Below, one piece after another: positions 37,916 through 47,184 of a DNA stretch of 64,000 bases. The stretch is taken from positions 385,945 through 449,944 of the forward strand of contig JAFLBI010000002.1 of the NCBI GenBank assembly GCA_017303835.1. The letters are read 5' to 3'. Source of the DNA: Chitinophagales bacterium (GTDB lineage: Bacteria > Bacteroidota > Bacteroidia > Chitinophagales > Chitinophagaceae). The notes under the pieces are model-generated. The model had not been told where the DNA came from. It was given only the letters and a program-made list of their open reading frames with translations, and made no database searches. Both the position numbers and the translations under genes were made by a program. Every line of letters begins with the position of its first letter. Position 1 is the first letter of the stretch.

Positions 37916-38446
37916 ATGGGAGTAAGCCAGTTCTCCGTAGTTCTGCCCACAAAGCCATTTCTCAAAAAATATATTGAGACCGATTACGGCTCTCCTGCTC
38001 AGTTCGACTCTTCAGACTATTACGGAATGATGATTGCTTTAGCCTTGGAGAAAGATGTGTACCACAATAAAGAATGGTCTTTCATTCATAAAGCTTTCGA
38101 CAAGTTCACCGTGCAGCTGCAGATATTGTTGCCTGTTCGTTGGTTTAACGAATACCAGTATGGTACCGGCATCAACCAAAAAAATGCAGTGTTCCTGAAT
38201 AAGCTGCTAGAGAAAAAATTTGAAGATGAATTTGCCAACTTCGCATTTTGCTACAAGATGCTGGGCCTTGAGCGGAAAAATGCTATTGAAGATTTTTGCA
38301 AGCGTTACAACATAGAGTTGGAGTACGATATTAACTACGATGCAATGGTGAAAAAGCATCAGCGATACGAGGAAAAATCTGCTAAAAAATTTGCGCCCGA
38401 TTTGTCGGCAAAACCATTGCCACCATTGCCTTTGCGCCTATTTTAA
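37916..38446 (+). CDS. Phage hypothetical protein (candidate regulator by position)
   Basis: The track ORF begins at GTG 37877 inside the operator repeat. I prefer ATG 37916 (MGVSQFSVVLPTKPF...). No family is recognised. Confidence 0.45.
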   Translation: MGVSQFSVVLPTKPFLKKYIETDYGSPAQFDSSDYYGMMIALALEKDVYHNKEWSFIHKAFDKFTVQLQILLPVRWFNEYQYGTGINQKNAVFLNKLLEKKFEDEFANFAFCYKMLGLERKNAIEDFCKRYNIELEYDINYDAMVKKHQRYEEKSAKKFAPDLSAKPLPPLPLRLF

Positions 38447-38475
38447 TTTCAGAAAATTTGCGCCCGATTTGTCGG
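38386..38475 (+). repeat. Perfect 23-nt direct repeat AAAATTTGCGCCCGATTTGTCGG (2 copies, 67-bp offset)
   Basis: Copies at 38386-38408 (inside the 3' end of the upstream CDS) and 38453-38475 (intergenic). Confidence 0.85.
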
Positions 38476-38501
38476 GCATTAATGAAAGCAATTTTCAAAA
38501 A

Positions 38502-38542
38502 TCACTGTCCTTTCCAACACACATACATAGTGGCAATTTCAC
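38502..38542 (+). promoter_or_regulatory. Late-promoter-like element, copy A
   Basis: TCACTGTCCTTTC (38502-38514), then N18, then GCAATTTCAC (38533-38542), then 3 nt, then ATG 38546. Confidence 0.55.
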
Positions 38543-38545
38543 TGC

Positions 38546-39355
38546 ATGAATGTTACCGGCTCAGCAGGTATAGCCACCCTCAGCGCAACAAATATGTATG
38601 CCGCTGGCTTTTGCCAATGGTGGTTTGCTTTGTGGGAAGATGTAGCCAGTTTTCCTGATGCCAACAAAGACCAGGAACTAACACAAGCGCCCACATTAAA
38701 AGCCGGCAAAAGTTGGTATGGCCCCATCACCGTTAACCGTCATGAGTTTGGATTAAAAGAACAGCTGAGTACTGCAGCTGCAGGCCTGTTTTATAAAATA
38801 GAACTGGAAGGCTACATTGGCGGAAGCAATAGAAACCATGAAAGGCTATTGCAGAATCTTCCATATCACCGCTTGGTGGTAATTGGTCAGCAGCGCGCAG
38901 GTGGCCTCATGAAATTCATTGGTGGCCCGGATAGCTGGTTAAAATTCAATTTTGAGCAAGACTCCGGAAAGATTGGCGATTCTGCTATTACCAGCATCAA
39001 ATTAACCGGGCAGCAGTTGCACAAAGGCTTGGTGATTACTGAATTTTCTGGCGTGCCTAGCATACCACCCATTACACCTGAGAATCCAACCGGTGGCGGT
39101 GGATCTGGTGAAGGATCTGTACAGAACGGTACAGAAGTAATTATGGTTACCAACCAACCAACGCACACAATAGCCTGGACACAAAGCCGCAAAGATGCGT
39201 TTGGAGATTTCCCACTCATTCAAGTATGGTTTAAGAATGGCAGCAATTGGGATCTGGCCAATGTGCCCATACAAACAGATGCAGCTGCACCAAACCAAAC
39301 ACAGTTTCTGATTGATTTCACAGGCGCAACAGACGCAATGATCATTATTAAATAA
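38546..39355 (+). CDS. Phage structural-module protein, hypothetical
   Basis: 269 aa with a Gly-rich linker PTGGGGSGEGS. It is the first gene of the unit that also encodes the tail fibre. Confidence 0.5.
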   Translation: MNVTGSAGIATLSATNMYAAGFCQWWFALWEDVASFPDANKDQELTQAPTLKAGKSWYGPITVNRHEFGLKEQLSTAAAGLFYKIELEGYIGGSNRNHERLLQNLPYHRLVVIGQQRAGGLMKFIGGPDSWLKFNFEQDSGKIGDSAITSIKLTGQQLHKGLVITEFSGVPSIPPITPENPTGGGGSGEGSVQNGTEVIMVTNQPTHTIAWTQSRKDAFGDFPLIQVWFKNGSNWDLANVPIQTDAAAPNQTQFLIDFTGATDAMIIIK

Positions 39356-39361
39356 TTGAGC

Positions 39362-42300
39362 ATGAAAAAACTACTCATCCTGCTTTTATTCAGCTACAGC
39401 ATAGCTAATGCGCAGTTGCCCACATGGGTAATTGGTAACCAAATAAATGTAGGTCCACGCGATACTTCAAACAATGCAACGCTGAAGCTCTTCATTAATG
39501 GTAGAACCACAGGAAAGTATTTGAAGAATAGTGGTTGGGGCAATAGCAGCTTTGGTAATATTGAAAGTGGTGATGTGCCTTGGGGTGGTGGATTCACTTT
39601 GTACGATGCACGCTATGTAATACTCCAGCGGTTTTTAGATAGCATTGCAGCGGTAAGAGCATCATTCAACAGCATCAACCTAAGCTGGAATAACATAACC
39701 GGAAAGCCTACAGCATTTCCTACAATTTGGGATAGCGTAAAAAACAAGCCTTCGCTATTACTTGCCGCCAACAATTTGGCAGATGTAACCAATGTTGGCA
39801 CCGCGCGAACGAATTTGAATGTGTATTCAAAGACGGAAGCAGATGCCCGCTATTTGCAGTCTTTCACGGAAACTGATCCTACGGTATATGCATGGGCGAA
39901 AGCGGCCACAAAGCCTGCGTATGCAGTGGCAGAGATAACCGGGTTGCAGACTGCATTGGATGGGAAGCAGAATGTGTTAGGCTTTACACCTGTACCTGAT
40001 ACGAGAACTATTAATGGTGCACCACTGAGTGCCAACATCACTTTAACGAAAACAGATGTTGGATTAAGCAACGTACCAAATACGGATGCCACCAACCCTG
40101 CCAACATAAGCCAAAGCAGCAGCTATAGATTTGTAACCGATACGGAAAAAAGCACATGGAATGCGAAGCAGAATGCACTTGGCTATACGCCTGAGAACTT
40201 AGCCAATAAAGGGCAAGCCAATGGATATGCTGATTTAGATGCCAATGGCAAGATACCTGCAGCACGAATAGACTTTACACAGACCGGACAAACATTCGTT
40301 GTGGCTTCACAATCTGCAATGCTTGCGGTGAGTGGTGCCAATGTAGGTGCAATGGCTATTAGAACAGATCAAAGCAGAACTTATGTGTTGATAGCAACAC
40401 CTGCAAGCACATTGGGTAATTGGGTGCAATTGCTTTCACCTGATGCACCTGTGCAGTCCGTGAACGGGCAGACTGGTAATGTAAATTTGACAACTACCAA
40501 CATTAGCGAAGCTGCTAATCTTTACTTTACAGATGCAAGAGCACGTGCAGCACTATCAGCAGGCGCAGGCATAACTTACAACAGCACTACTGGTCAGATA
40601 AGTAGCACCATTACGCAATACACCGATGCCATGGCAAGGGCTTCTCTTTCTGCCGGTGCTGGCATTAGTTACAATAGTACCACAGGGCAGATATCATTCA
40701 ACAATACAGCTGGCTACATTACTGGCATCAACAGCAGCATGGTTACTACTGCATTGGGTTATACACCTTACAATGCCACAAACCCTGCAGGCTATATCAC
40801 AGCATCTGCATTAAGTAGCTACATGCCTTTTAGTGGTGGAACAATGACAGGCCATTTAAACATGGGCGGTTGGAACATTTCAGGTGTTACAACTATAAGC
40901 GGAACGCAAGCTGCATTTTCAGGTGTTATTGATGCATGGGGTGCTACATTTCAAAGGCCAATTTATATAGCAGGACAAACAGGAAATCACGCTATTTCAA
41001 CAGGTGGAAGTGGTGGCGATTATGGTTCTATTGGTTACAATGTAAGCTATACAACAACAACAGGTGCATACAATTATCGTGTTGGCGACTTTGCTTCATT
41101 TATCCGTTTTCAGAGTGGCGGATTTCAGTTTTTTACTGCACCAACTGGAACAGGTGGCGCATCCATGACACCTGTTAATAGGTACACAATGGACGTGAAT
41201 GGCAACAATTCATGGAGTGGTAACGGTGTTTTTGGTGGTAGCGTTCAAATTAACAGCCGAAACTATTTGTATTTAGGAAATACTGCTAACACATTATATC
41301 CATCAATTAGAAATATGGACACCGATGGTATCGGTATCTACACAAATGCTGGAAGTGCATTGCTTGAAGCAAGCGCAGCAAGCGGAATATCAACAAATGG
41401 GAGAGCTTTTGCGGCAGGTGCAGGTTCATTCTCTACACTATCGGCATCTTCATCTGTAACAGGAAGATGGTTTAATATTTTAGAGGCATCTGCAAATAGG
41501 GGCGGTTTGTATACATATAATGTTATTTCAGGAAGTGGTACGGATTACTCAGTAGGTGTATTTTCAGAGGGGGATATGTTTTTTGCGACAGGTGGGAGTG
41601 CTACAAAAAAAGTAACTATTTCATCCACAGGTTTGCTATCAGGTCAATCCGCAACATTTAGCGGAAGAATGAATGCTGATGATTATGAAATGGGTTCATG
41701 GAGAATACTTGATTGGGCTGGCGTTACTGCACAAATAGGTGGAATCAACGCTTCAAACTGGCAGCAGATTGATTTTTATACCAATGGAACACTAAGAGGC
41801 ACGTTTAGCAATACGGAGTTCACTTCTACTTTACCTGCAATTATTAATGGTGGTACAGCAATGACGGGAGGATGGAATAGAACAGTACAACTAACGGCCA
41901 ATTTCCCAAGCATAGTATTTAATAGTTCAAGCCAAAAATGGGCGGGAATATCATTTGACTATTCAAGCAATTTTGTTATTCGCATGAATGCAACATCAAG
42001 TGACGTATTTGGTAGTGGATATAGTGCGCTGTTGATTAATAATTCTACCGGTGCGGCAACTTTTAATTTTACCGTTTCAGCAACCCGCTTCTTTGCCACA
42101 TCAGACATACGCTTGAAGACTGTGTTTTCTGAGTTCAAGAGTGCAGATGGTATCAATCCAATCATCTACAGCTTCAAGAATGAGTTTAAACCTTCATGGG
42201 GTTACAGCGCACAGCAGGTGCAGAAAGAAATGTCATTTGCTGTAACAGAAGGCGATGATGGCTATTTGCGTGTTGACTATCAGCAAGTGCATACCTACAA

Positions 42301-42424
42301 AATTATGCAGCTAGAAAAGCGCATAGCTGAATTAGAGCGCAGAGTAAACAACGGCTTACCAGAAAAATTCCCATTTGTTGATGGAGATAGCAAAAAGGTT
42401 TTACTAAAAAATGATCATCAATGA
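39362..42424 (+). CDS. Tail fibre-like protein with C-terminal peptidase S74 intramolecular chaperone domain
   Basis: The C-terminus reads SDIRLKTVFSEFKS...WGYSAQQVQKEM...RVDYQQVHTYKIMQLEKRIAELERRV, an S74/endosialidase chaperone pattern. Internal repeats include ARAALSAGAGITYNSTTGQIS / ARASLSAGAGISYNSTTGQIS. The N-terminus MKKLLILLLFSYSIANAQ looks like a signal peptide. Confidence 0.75.
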   Translation: MKKLLILLLFSYSIANAQLPTWVIGNQINVGPRDTSNNATLKLFINGRTTGKYLKNSGWGNSSFGNIESGDVPWGGGFTLYDARYVILQRFLDSIAAVRASFNSINLSWNNITGKPTAFPTIWDSVKNKPSLLLAANNLADVTNVGTARTNLNVYSKTEADARYLQSFTETDPTVYAWAKAATKPAYAVAEITGLQTALDGKQNVLGFTPVPDTRTINGAPLSANITLTKTDVGLSNVPNTDATNPANISQSSSYRFVTDTEKSTWNAKQNALGYTPENLANKGQANGYADLDANGKIPAARIDFTQTGQTFVVASQSAMLAVSGANVGAMAIRTDQSRTYVLIATPASTLGNWVQLLSPDAPVQSVNGQTGNVNLTTTNISEAANLYFTDARARAALSAGAGITYNSTTGQISSTITQYTDAMARASLSAGAGISYNSTTGQISFNNTAGYITGINSSMVTTALGYTPYNATNPAGYITASALSSYMPFSGGTMTGHLNMGGWNISGVTTISGTQAAFSGVIDAWGATFQRPIYIAGQTGNHAISTGGSGGDYGSIGYNVSYTTTTGAYNYRVGDFASFIRFQSGGFQFFTAPTGTGGASMTPVNRYTMDVNGNNSWSGNGVFGGSVQINSRNYLYLGNTANTLYPSIRNMDTDGIGIYTNAGSALLEASAASGISTNGRAFAAGAGSFSTLSASSSVTGRWFNILEASANRGGLYTYNVISGSGTDYSVGVFSEGDMFFATGGSATKKVTISSTGLLSGQSATFSGRMNADDYEMGSWRILDWAGVTAQIGGINASNWQQIDFYTNGTLRGTFSNTEFTSTLPAIINGGTAMTGGWNRTVQLTANFPSIVFNSSSQKWAGISFDYSSNFVIRMNATSSDVFGSGYSALLINNSTGAATFNFTVSATRFFATSDIRLKTVFSEFKSADGINPIIYSFKNEFKPSWGYSAQQVQKEMSFAVTEGDDGYLRVDYQQVHTYKIMQLEKRIAELERRVNNGLPEKFPFVDGDSKKVLLKNDHQ

Positions 42425-43329
42425 AAAAGCAACACTTCTTTATTGTACTGCTATTTGCCTTAGCGGCAATCATCATCAGCAACAGGCCACGTTATGCCAC
42501 TACATGGGCTGCAACCAATAGCAATGAAATGGTAACTCGTGCTGCACTACTTGATGCAGTAAACAACGGTGTATTTACCGCTAACACAACCATTCCAAAT
42601 GATGATGAGTGTGTAACCAGAGAGCAGGCGCAAGCTTATGTGAACATCAACGCCATAACAGGCTATGACATGAATGAGCTGGTACCTAAGAGTGCGTTTG
42701 TGGCTGCAACGGTGTACTATACTCACGAAGGTTATTTCCTATGCTTTAGCGATTCATACAGCACAGGTGCAGGTTATACATCTTCTGCAAATGCATTAGG
42801 TTATGCAGAGCCGTGGTACACAGTAAACTTTAAGACACTGTACAATAGGCCGCTACAAGTTGGTGATCAGGTTTTCAAAGTGGATGATGTTACTAAGCCT
42901 GCAGTGGTTGATGATGCAGGTCCGTGTTATGCTACTGCAGGATATTGGTTTTTCTATCCGTCTTTGAATGCTGCAGTGCAGGTAACATCTACAAATACAG
43001 GTAGCCAATACGTTTTGGATATTGTCTACCCATCAGGCACAAGCAACGTATCTATCTGCTTGATTGTTGATGTAAGCGGAACAACAGCAACGGTTCAGGC
43101 ATCTGCCAGTGCTTCTGTATCTACAGCCGTTACAGTTGATTGGAATTATACCATCAACGGAACGGAAGCCATCGGCACACCTGTAACAATCAATTCAGGC
43201 AATAACCTGAGCAACGTGCATACCATCAACCACGGCTCAACAATCAATACTATTTCTGTTTCCATCAACAGCTTTTCACCCTCAAGCAACGGAACGCAGA
43301 ACTATATATCCGGAGGAACATGCAATTAA
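42421..43329 (+). CDS. Phage hypothetical protein with N-terminal membrane anchor
   Basis: 302 aa. MKKQHFFIVLLFALAAIIISN is followed by a Thr/Ser/Asn-rich beta-type C-terminal part. Confidence 0.5.
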   Translation: MKKQHFFIVLLFALAAIIISNRPRYATTWAATNSNEMVTRAALLDAVNNGVFTANTTIPNDDECVTREQAQAYVNINAITGYDMNELVPKSAFVAATVYYTHEGYFLCFSDSYSTGAGYTSSANALGYAEPWYTVNFKTLYNRPLQVGDQVFKVDDVTKPAVVDDAGPCYATAGYWFFYPSLNAAVQVTSTNTGSQYVLDIVYPSGTSNVSICLIVDVSGTTATVQASASASVSTAVTVDWNYTINGTEAIGTPVTINSGNNLSNVHTINHGSTINTISVSINSFSPSSNGTQNYISGGTCN

Positions 43330-43346
43330 TTAAACACCCTATACAA

Positions 43347-43766
43347 ATGAAAAAAGCAACAATCCTTTTCGCATTCTTAATCGGGATGATTTTGAATGCC
43401 ACAGCGCAAAAAGACAGCAGCAAAGCGAATGTGAAGCCTTCAGGTGCAGCATTTCACTTTCAAGATTCTACACATAAGCAAGTGGCTGTGTGGACTGGTA
43501 AAGACAGCGTGCTTGTAATTAAAGACCTCAACAGTATTAAGGTTATTGAGGTTGCAGGAAAAAGAATAGCAGCTTCTGCATTTGCCAATTACGAAGTGCT
43601 TTTCCCTACAATAGAGTGGATGGCAGCCATCTTCAATATTCTTGAAAATGCACCAACAGGTTTAAGCAAGAATCAGCTAACCATGCTGCAGTCAATATTG
43701 GTGCCATACATAGAAAGGTTGCAACAACAATCGCAACAGAAAGCACCAGTCAAAAAGCAAGATTAA
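43347..43766 (+). CDS. Phage hypothetical exported protein
   Basis: The start is set to MKKATILFAFLIGMILNATAQ (signal peptide). Confidence 0.45.
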   Translation: MKKATILFAFLIGMILNATAQKDSSKANVKPSGAAFHFQDSTHKQVAVWTGKDSVLVIKDLNSIKVIEVAGKRIAASAFANYEVLFPTIEWMAAIFNILENAPTGLSKNQLTMLQSILVPYIERLQQQSQQKAPVKKQD

Positions 43767-43778
43767 ATATTCAAAGAT

Positions 43779-43818
43779 TCACTGTCCTTTCTAAGCAGTG
43801 AGTGTAGAAATATGTTTG
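43779..43818 (+). promoter_or_regulatory. Late-promoter-like element, copy B
   Basis: TCACTGTCCTTTC (43779-43791), then N18, then A-TATGTTTG (43811-43818 matches the Bacteroidota -7 consensus TAnnTTTG). ATG is at 43863. Confidence 0.55.
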
Positions 43819-43862
43819 TATCCTAAGAAAACTGAAACATCAGTATAAACAAAATTGAGACC

Positions 43863-44291
43863 ATGAAAAAACTTCTTATCGCCATTCTGACAATCATCAC
43901 TGTAGCAACTTTCACAGTTGCACCAACAGTTTCTGTATCTGCACAGGTATCTACCAAGATTAAGCCTGTTAAAGACAGCACAGTGAATACCGATACCACT
44001 TATATCGATCTCGCTTTCGATAATCAAGTGCGCAGCGTTACAGCAGACCTTACCAGAGCTTCAGGTACCATCAGCGGTAACAAAGTATATCTGCAGGCTA
44101 CAGTAGATGGCACAACCTGGTACACATTAGACTCACTGGTGTTATCCAACTCGGTCAAGAATCAGAAAGTGTTTCCTGTAACTACCAGTGCATACAGCCT
44201 ACTCAATTATCAGAAATCGCGGTTTCAAGTGCTTGGGGCAGGTACCAATAAGATTAAACCGGTTCAGGCATTTGTTATTAAACGAAACTAG
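43863..44291 (+). CDS. Phage hypothetical exported protein
   Basis: 142 aa with signal peptide MKKLLIAILTIITVATFTVAPTVSVSAQ. Confidence 0.45.
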   Translation: MKKLLIAILTIITVATFTVAPTVSVSAQVSTKIKPVKDSTVNTDTTYIDLAFDNQVRSVTADLTRASGTISGNKVYLQATVDGTTWYTLDSLVLSNSVKNQKVFPVTTSAYSLLNYQKSRFQVLGAGTNKIKPVQAFVIKRN

Positions 44292-44311
44292 CAGTATAAG
44301 CTACATCTATC

Positions 44312-45610
44312 ATGAACAAGACACTCTCAGCAATATTCCGCGGCGGTTGGCTACTTGACAAAAAGTGGGCAGAATCACAGCTTCCTGTGGTACTGAACGC
44401 CTTTCTTGGAAAGGGCAATCTCAGCGGTATTATGACTGAGTTTAGTGCCTTAGATCATGGCGAAGAAAATAAGCCTCAACCTGCTAAGCAAGTAAGCAGT
44501 AGAAAAGCTGCCAATGTGTACAAGGTTTATTGGAGAACAGACCTCAGCAGCCTTCCTGATGGTTCCATTGCAATGCTCACCATTGCTGGTCCAATTATGA
44601 AGTATGGCGATATCTGTTCACTCGGTAGCCTGGACTATGCAGATATGCTGAACAAACTGGCCAATGCATCTAACATCAAAGGCATTATTCTGGATGTAGA
44701 TTCTCCCGGTGGTCAGGCAGTAGGCACAGCAACACTTGCTGATGCTATTACAGCAGCAAAAAAGAAAAAGCCTGTTGTGGCTGTCATCAATGATGGCTTT
44801 GCAGCTTCTGCAGCCATGTGGATTGCCAGCGCAGCAGATGAAATCTATACCACTCAGCCAACTGATGAAGTTGGCTCTGTTGGTGTATATACCCAAATCG
44901 CAGATTGGATCAGTTACTATCGTGATGAACACAATTTGCGTATACTGGAAATCTATGCCCCTCAAAGCACCGATAAGAATAAAGACTATCGCGATGCATT
45001 GGCTGGTGATGATACCGCTATTAAAGCTGATTTGAAGCAACTGGCAGATCAGTTCATTTCAACCGTTGCAAAAAACCGTGGTGGCCGTTTAACCAGCGAT
45101 GAATGGAAGACAGGTAAAATGTTCAACTCAAAAGAAGCCACTCGTATTGGCCTCATAGATGGCATGAAGTCTTTTGACCAGATCATTCGCAGAATGGACA
45201 CCCTCATTAAACAACAATCAAATTCCGGAAATATGGCTTTCGAAAAAACACTCGCAACAGCTAAGGCTGATGCATTCGAAGTAATTGATGGTGGCTTTCT
45301 GGTAACAGAAGAGCACCTCAACAATGTGGAAGCTGCACTAGTGCAGGCTGAAGCAAGTGCTGCACGTGTAACTGAGTTGGAAGGCCAACTGGCAACCGCT
45401 CAAAATGCACAAACCACTGCAGAAAACAATTTGCAAACAGCTAATAGCCGTATTGCAGAATTGGAGCAGGAAGTAGCCAGTTTGGGTGGTAGTGCGGCAA
45501 AGCCTACACCTGTAACAGGCGCAACAGAGAAACCTGTTGCCGGTGAAGAAGCACCCGTGAAAGCCAACGACATGGACTTCCAAAAAGAACTGTACAAACA
45601 AGTAGTATAA
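44312..45610 (+). CDS. S49 (SppA/ClpP-fold) prohead protease with C-terminal coiled-coil scaffold-like tail
   Basis: 432 aa with IKGIILDVDSPGGQAVG and GFAASAAMWIASAADEIY (Ser nucleophile context). The C-terminal 100 aa are Ala/Glu/Gln-rich coiled coil. Confidence 0.8.
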   Translation: MNKTLSAIFRGGWLLDKKWAESQLPVVLNAFLGKGNLSGIMTEFSALDHGEENKPQPAKQVSSRKAANVYKVYWRTDLSSLPDGSIAMLTIAGPIMKYGDICSLGSLDYADMLNKLANASNIKGIILDVDSPGGQAVGTATLADAITAAKKKKPVVAVINDGFAASAAMWIASAADEIYTTQPTDEVGSVGVYTQIADWISYYRDEHNLRILEIYAPQSTDKNKDYRDALAGDDTAIKADLKQLADQFISTVAKNRGGRLTSDEWKTGKMFNSKEATRIGLIDGMKSFDQIIRRMDTLIKQQSNSGNMAFEKTLATAKADAFEVIDGGFLVTEEHLNNVEAALVQAEASAARVTELEGQLATAQNAQTTAENNLQTANSRIAELEQEVASLGGSAAKPTPVTGATEKPVAGEEAPVKANDMDFQKELYKQVV

Positions 45611-45659
45611 CTACTGTAAGTACACAATCAAAAGTTTACTAACCTCTAAAAATAAAGTC

Positions 45660-46634
45660 ATGGGTTTAACAGTAGCCGCAATCATAGCACAGTTTGGCGC
45701 TCATTACATCAATGAGGGACAGAACCTGTCCAATGTGAACAAGCTGTTGTATGCGAAAGATCGCACACTGGGAATGTTCCGTACAATCCCGCAGGATAAC
45801 ACTTATTACAAAACCACATCAGCAATGATGGGCGAAGTGCTGCAGGCCTTCCAAAAAGGTTTTACTGCAAAAGGCGCTTTAGAGTTCAAGCCGCATGGTT
45901 TTGAAGTAGAGCACCAAAAGATTGATCTGGAACTGTTTCCGGATGAAATTGAAGAATCTTACTTGGGCTTCTTGGCCAACGTGGATGTTGCAGCCCGCGC
46001 TGAATGGCCGATTGTGCGCTACCTGATTGAGCAGCACATTCTGGATGCGCGTAACCGCGATCTGGAGAAGAAAGCCGCTTTCGGTGGGGTGTATCAAGAT
46101 CCTGTTGCAGGTACTGCAGGTGCCGCTGAAAATGCCCTCACCGGTATTAAAAAGCGTATTGTTGACCTGAACGCAACAGGCAGAACCAATATGGGTGCTG
46201 GTCCTTTGCAATTTGAAACACCTGCAGAAGATCCAAAAGATTTCTGTGAGCAGGTAGAAAAGTGGGTGGAAAGCATGGATGAAGAGCTCCGTGATGAGAT
46301 CACAGAGATCTGCATGAGCACCACACTGGCTGCCCGTTATGGCCGTGGTAAGCGTGCCAAGTATGGCCAGAATGTAAACTTTGTGGAAGGTGGCAAAAAT
46401 GTAATTGAAGACTACCCCACTATCAGTGTGGTAGGTCTGCCTAACCACAAAGGCAGCAACCTCATTTGGGCAACACCCGCCAACAACCGTATCAAGGTTG
46501 TGAAGAAACTGAACATGGCAGATGTGTTCAAAGTTGAGGAAGCGAAGCGTGCAGTTGCCGTGATGGCAGACTGGTGGATGAGCATCCACTTCGCAGTTCC
46601 TGAACTGCTGGTGCACAACGAGTTTGTGGACTAA
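45660..46634 (+). CDS. Putative major capsid protein
   Basis: 324 aa. It lies immediately after the protease/scaffold gene and is followed by a strong stem-loop. The call rests on position and size, and the family was not identified by eye. Confidence 0.6.
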   Translation: MGLTVAAIIAQFGAHYINEGQNLSNVNKLLYAKDRTLGMFRTIPQDNTYYKTTSAMMGEVLQAFQKGFTAKGALEFKPHGFEVEHQKIDLELFPDEIEESYLGFLANVDVAARAEWPIVRYLIEQHILDARNRDLEKKAAFGGVYQDPVAGTAGAAENALTGIKKRIVDLNATGRTNMGAGPLQFETPAEDPKDFCEQVEKWVESMDEELRDEITEICMSTTLAARYGRGKRAKYGQNVNFVEGGKNVIEDYPTISVVGLPNHKGSNLIWATPANNRIKVVKKLNMADVFKVEEAKRAVAVMADWWMSIHFAVPELLVHNEFVD

Positions 46635-46648
46635 TCGATAACCCTATT

Positions 46649-46672
46649 GCTTCTCCCTGAAAAGGGAGAAGC
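46649..46672 (+). terminator. Strong stem-loop after the capsid gene
   Basis: GCTTCTCCC-TGAAAA-GGGAGAAGC (perfect 9 bp) with only a short U-tract. Confidence 0.5.
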
Positions 46673-46697
46673 TTCATAAATCTCTTACATTATTTCA

Positions 46698-47144
46698 ATG
46701 AATATCAATCTCACACATAAGCTTAGGCAGATGTTAGTGAAGATTGGTTTAACTGAATCAAAAAAAGTACACATGAAACTCAAGCACATCAATACAGCCG
46801 ACTTCACTGAGAATGAAGCAGGCTTTGTGGTTACCAATGAGCAGCTTGCTCAGCTGGATGAAAAGTTGGAGACTTTGAGCGCAGAAAACGCAGAGCTCTC
46901 TAAAGCCAATGAAGATCTGTTGAAGAAATTCGACAATCTCTCAGCTTCACCGGCACCAACACAAGCTGCAGCAGTTAAGCCAATTGCCACCCTGTCTTTC
47001 GAGCTGGATGGTCAGAAGTATGGCTTCAGATATCCGCATTTCTCACGCGATGGTGTAAAGATCACCGCTGAGCAGATTGCGAATGATGCAGCCCTGCAGG
47101 CAGAGTTGGTAAGCAAAAAGCACAGCATTTTGAAGCAGCTGTAA
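46698..47144 (+). CDS. Phage hypothetical protein (coiled coil)
   Basis: 148 aa ORF. The start is uncertain, with an alternative Met at MKLKHINTADF. Confidence 0.45.
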   Translation: MNINLTHKLRQMLVKIGLTESKKVHMKLKHINTADFTENEAGFVVTNEQLAQLDEKLETLSAENAELSKANEDLLKKFDNLSASPAPTQAAAVKPIATLSFELDGQKYGFRYPHFSRDGVKITAEQIANDAALQAELVSKKHSILKQL

Positions 47145-47184
47145 GAACCCGCAAAATCATTACTCATTCATAAATCAATTCAAA

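Noticed and set aside
38458-38730. 66-aa plus-strand and 63-aa minus-strand ORFs
   Set aside because: They overlap the 23-nt repeat, the late-box element and the 5' end of the 269-aa gene. The first also starts at a non-ATG codon inside the repeat.
40540-40700. Tail-fibre internal repeat as a DGR variable/template repeat pair
   Set aside because: The repeat is conserved at protein level (ARAxLSAGAGIxYNSTTGQIS) but diverged at DNA level. No reverse transcriptase or adenine-specific mismatch pattern is present in the window.
45879-46616. 245-aa minus-strand ORF
   Set aside because: It lies entirely antisense to the putative capsid gene. It is Cys/His/Phe-rich with low-complexity composition typical of a shadow ORF, and it opposes the operon direction.
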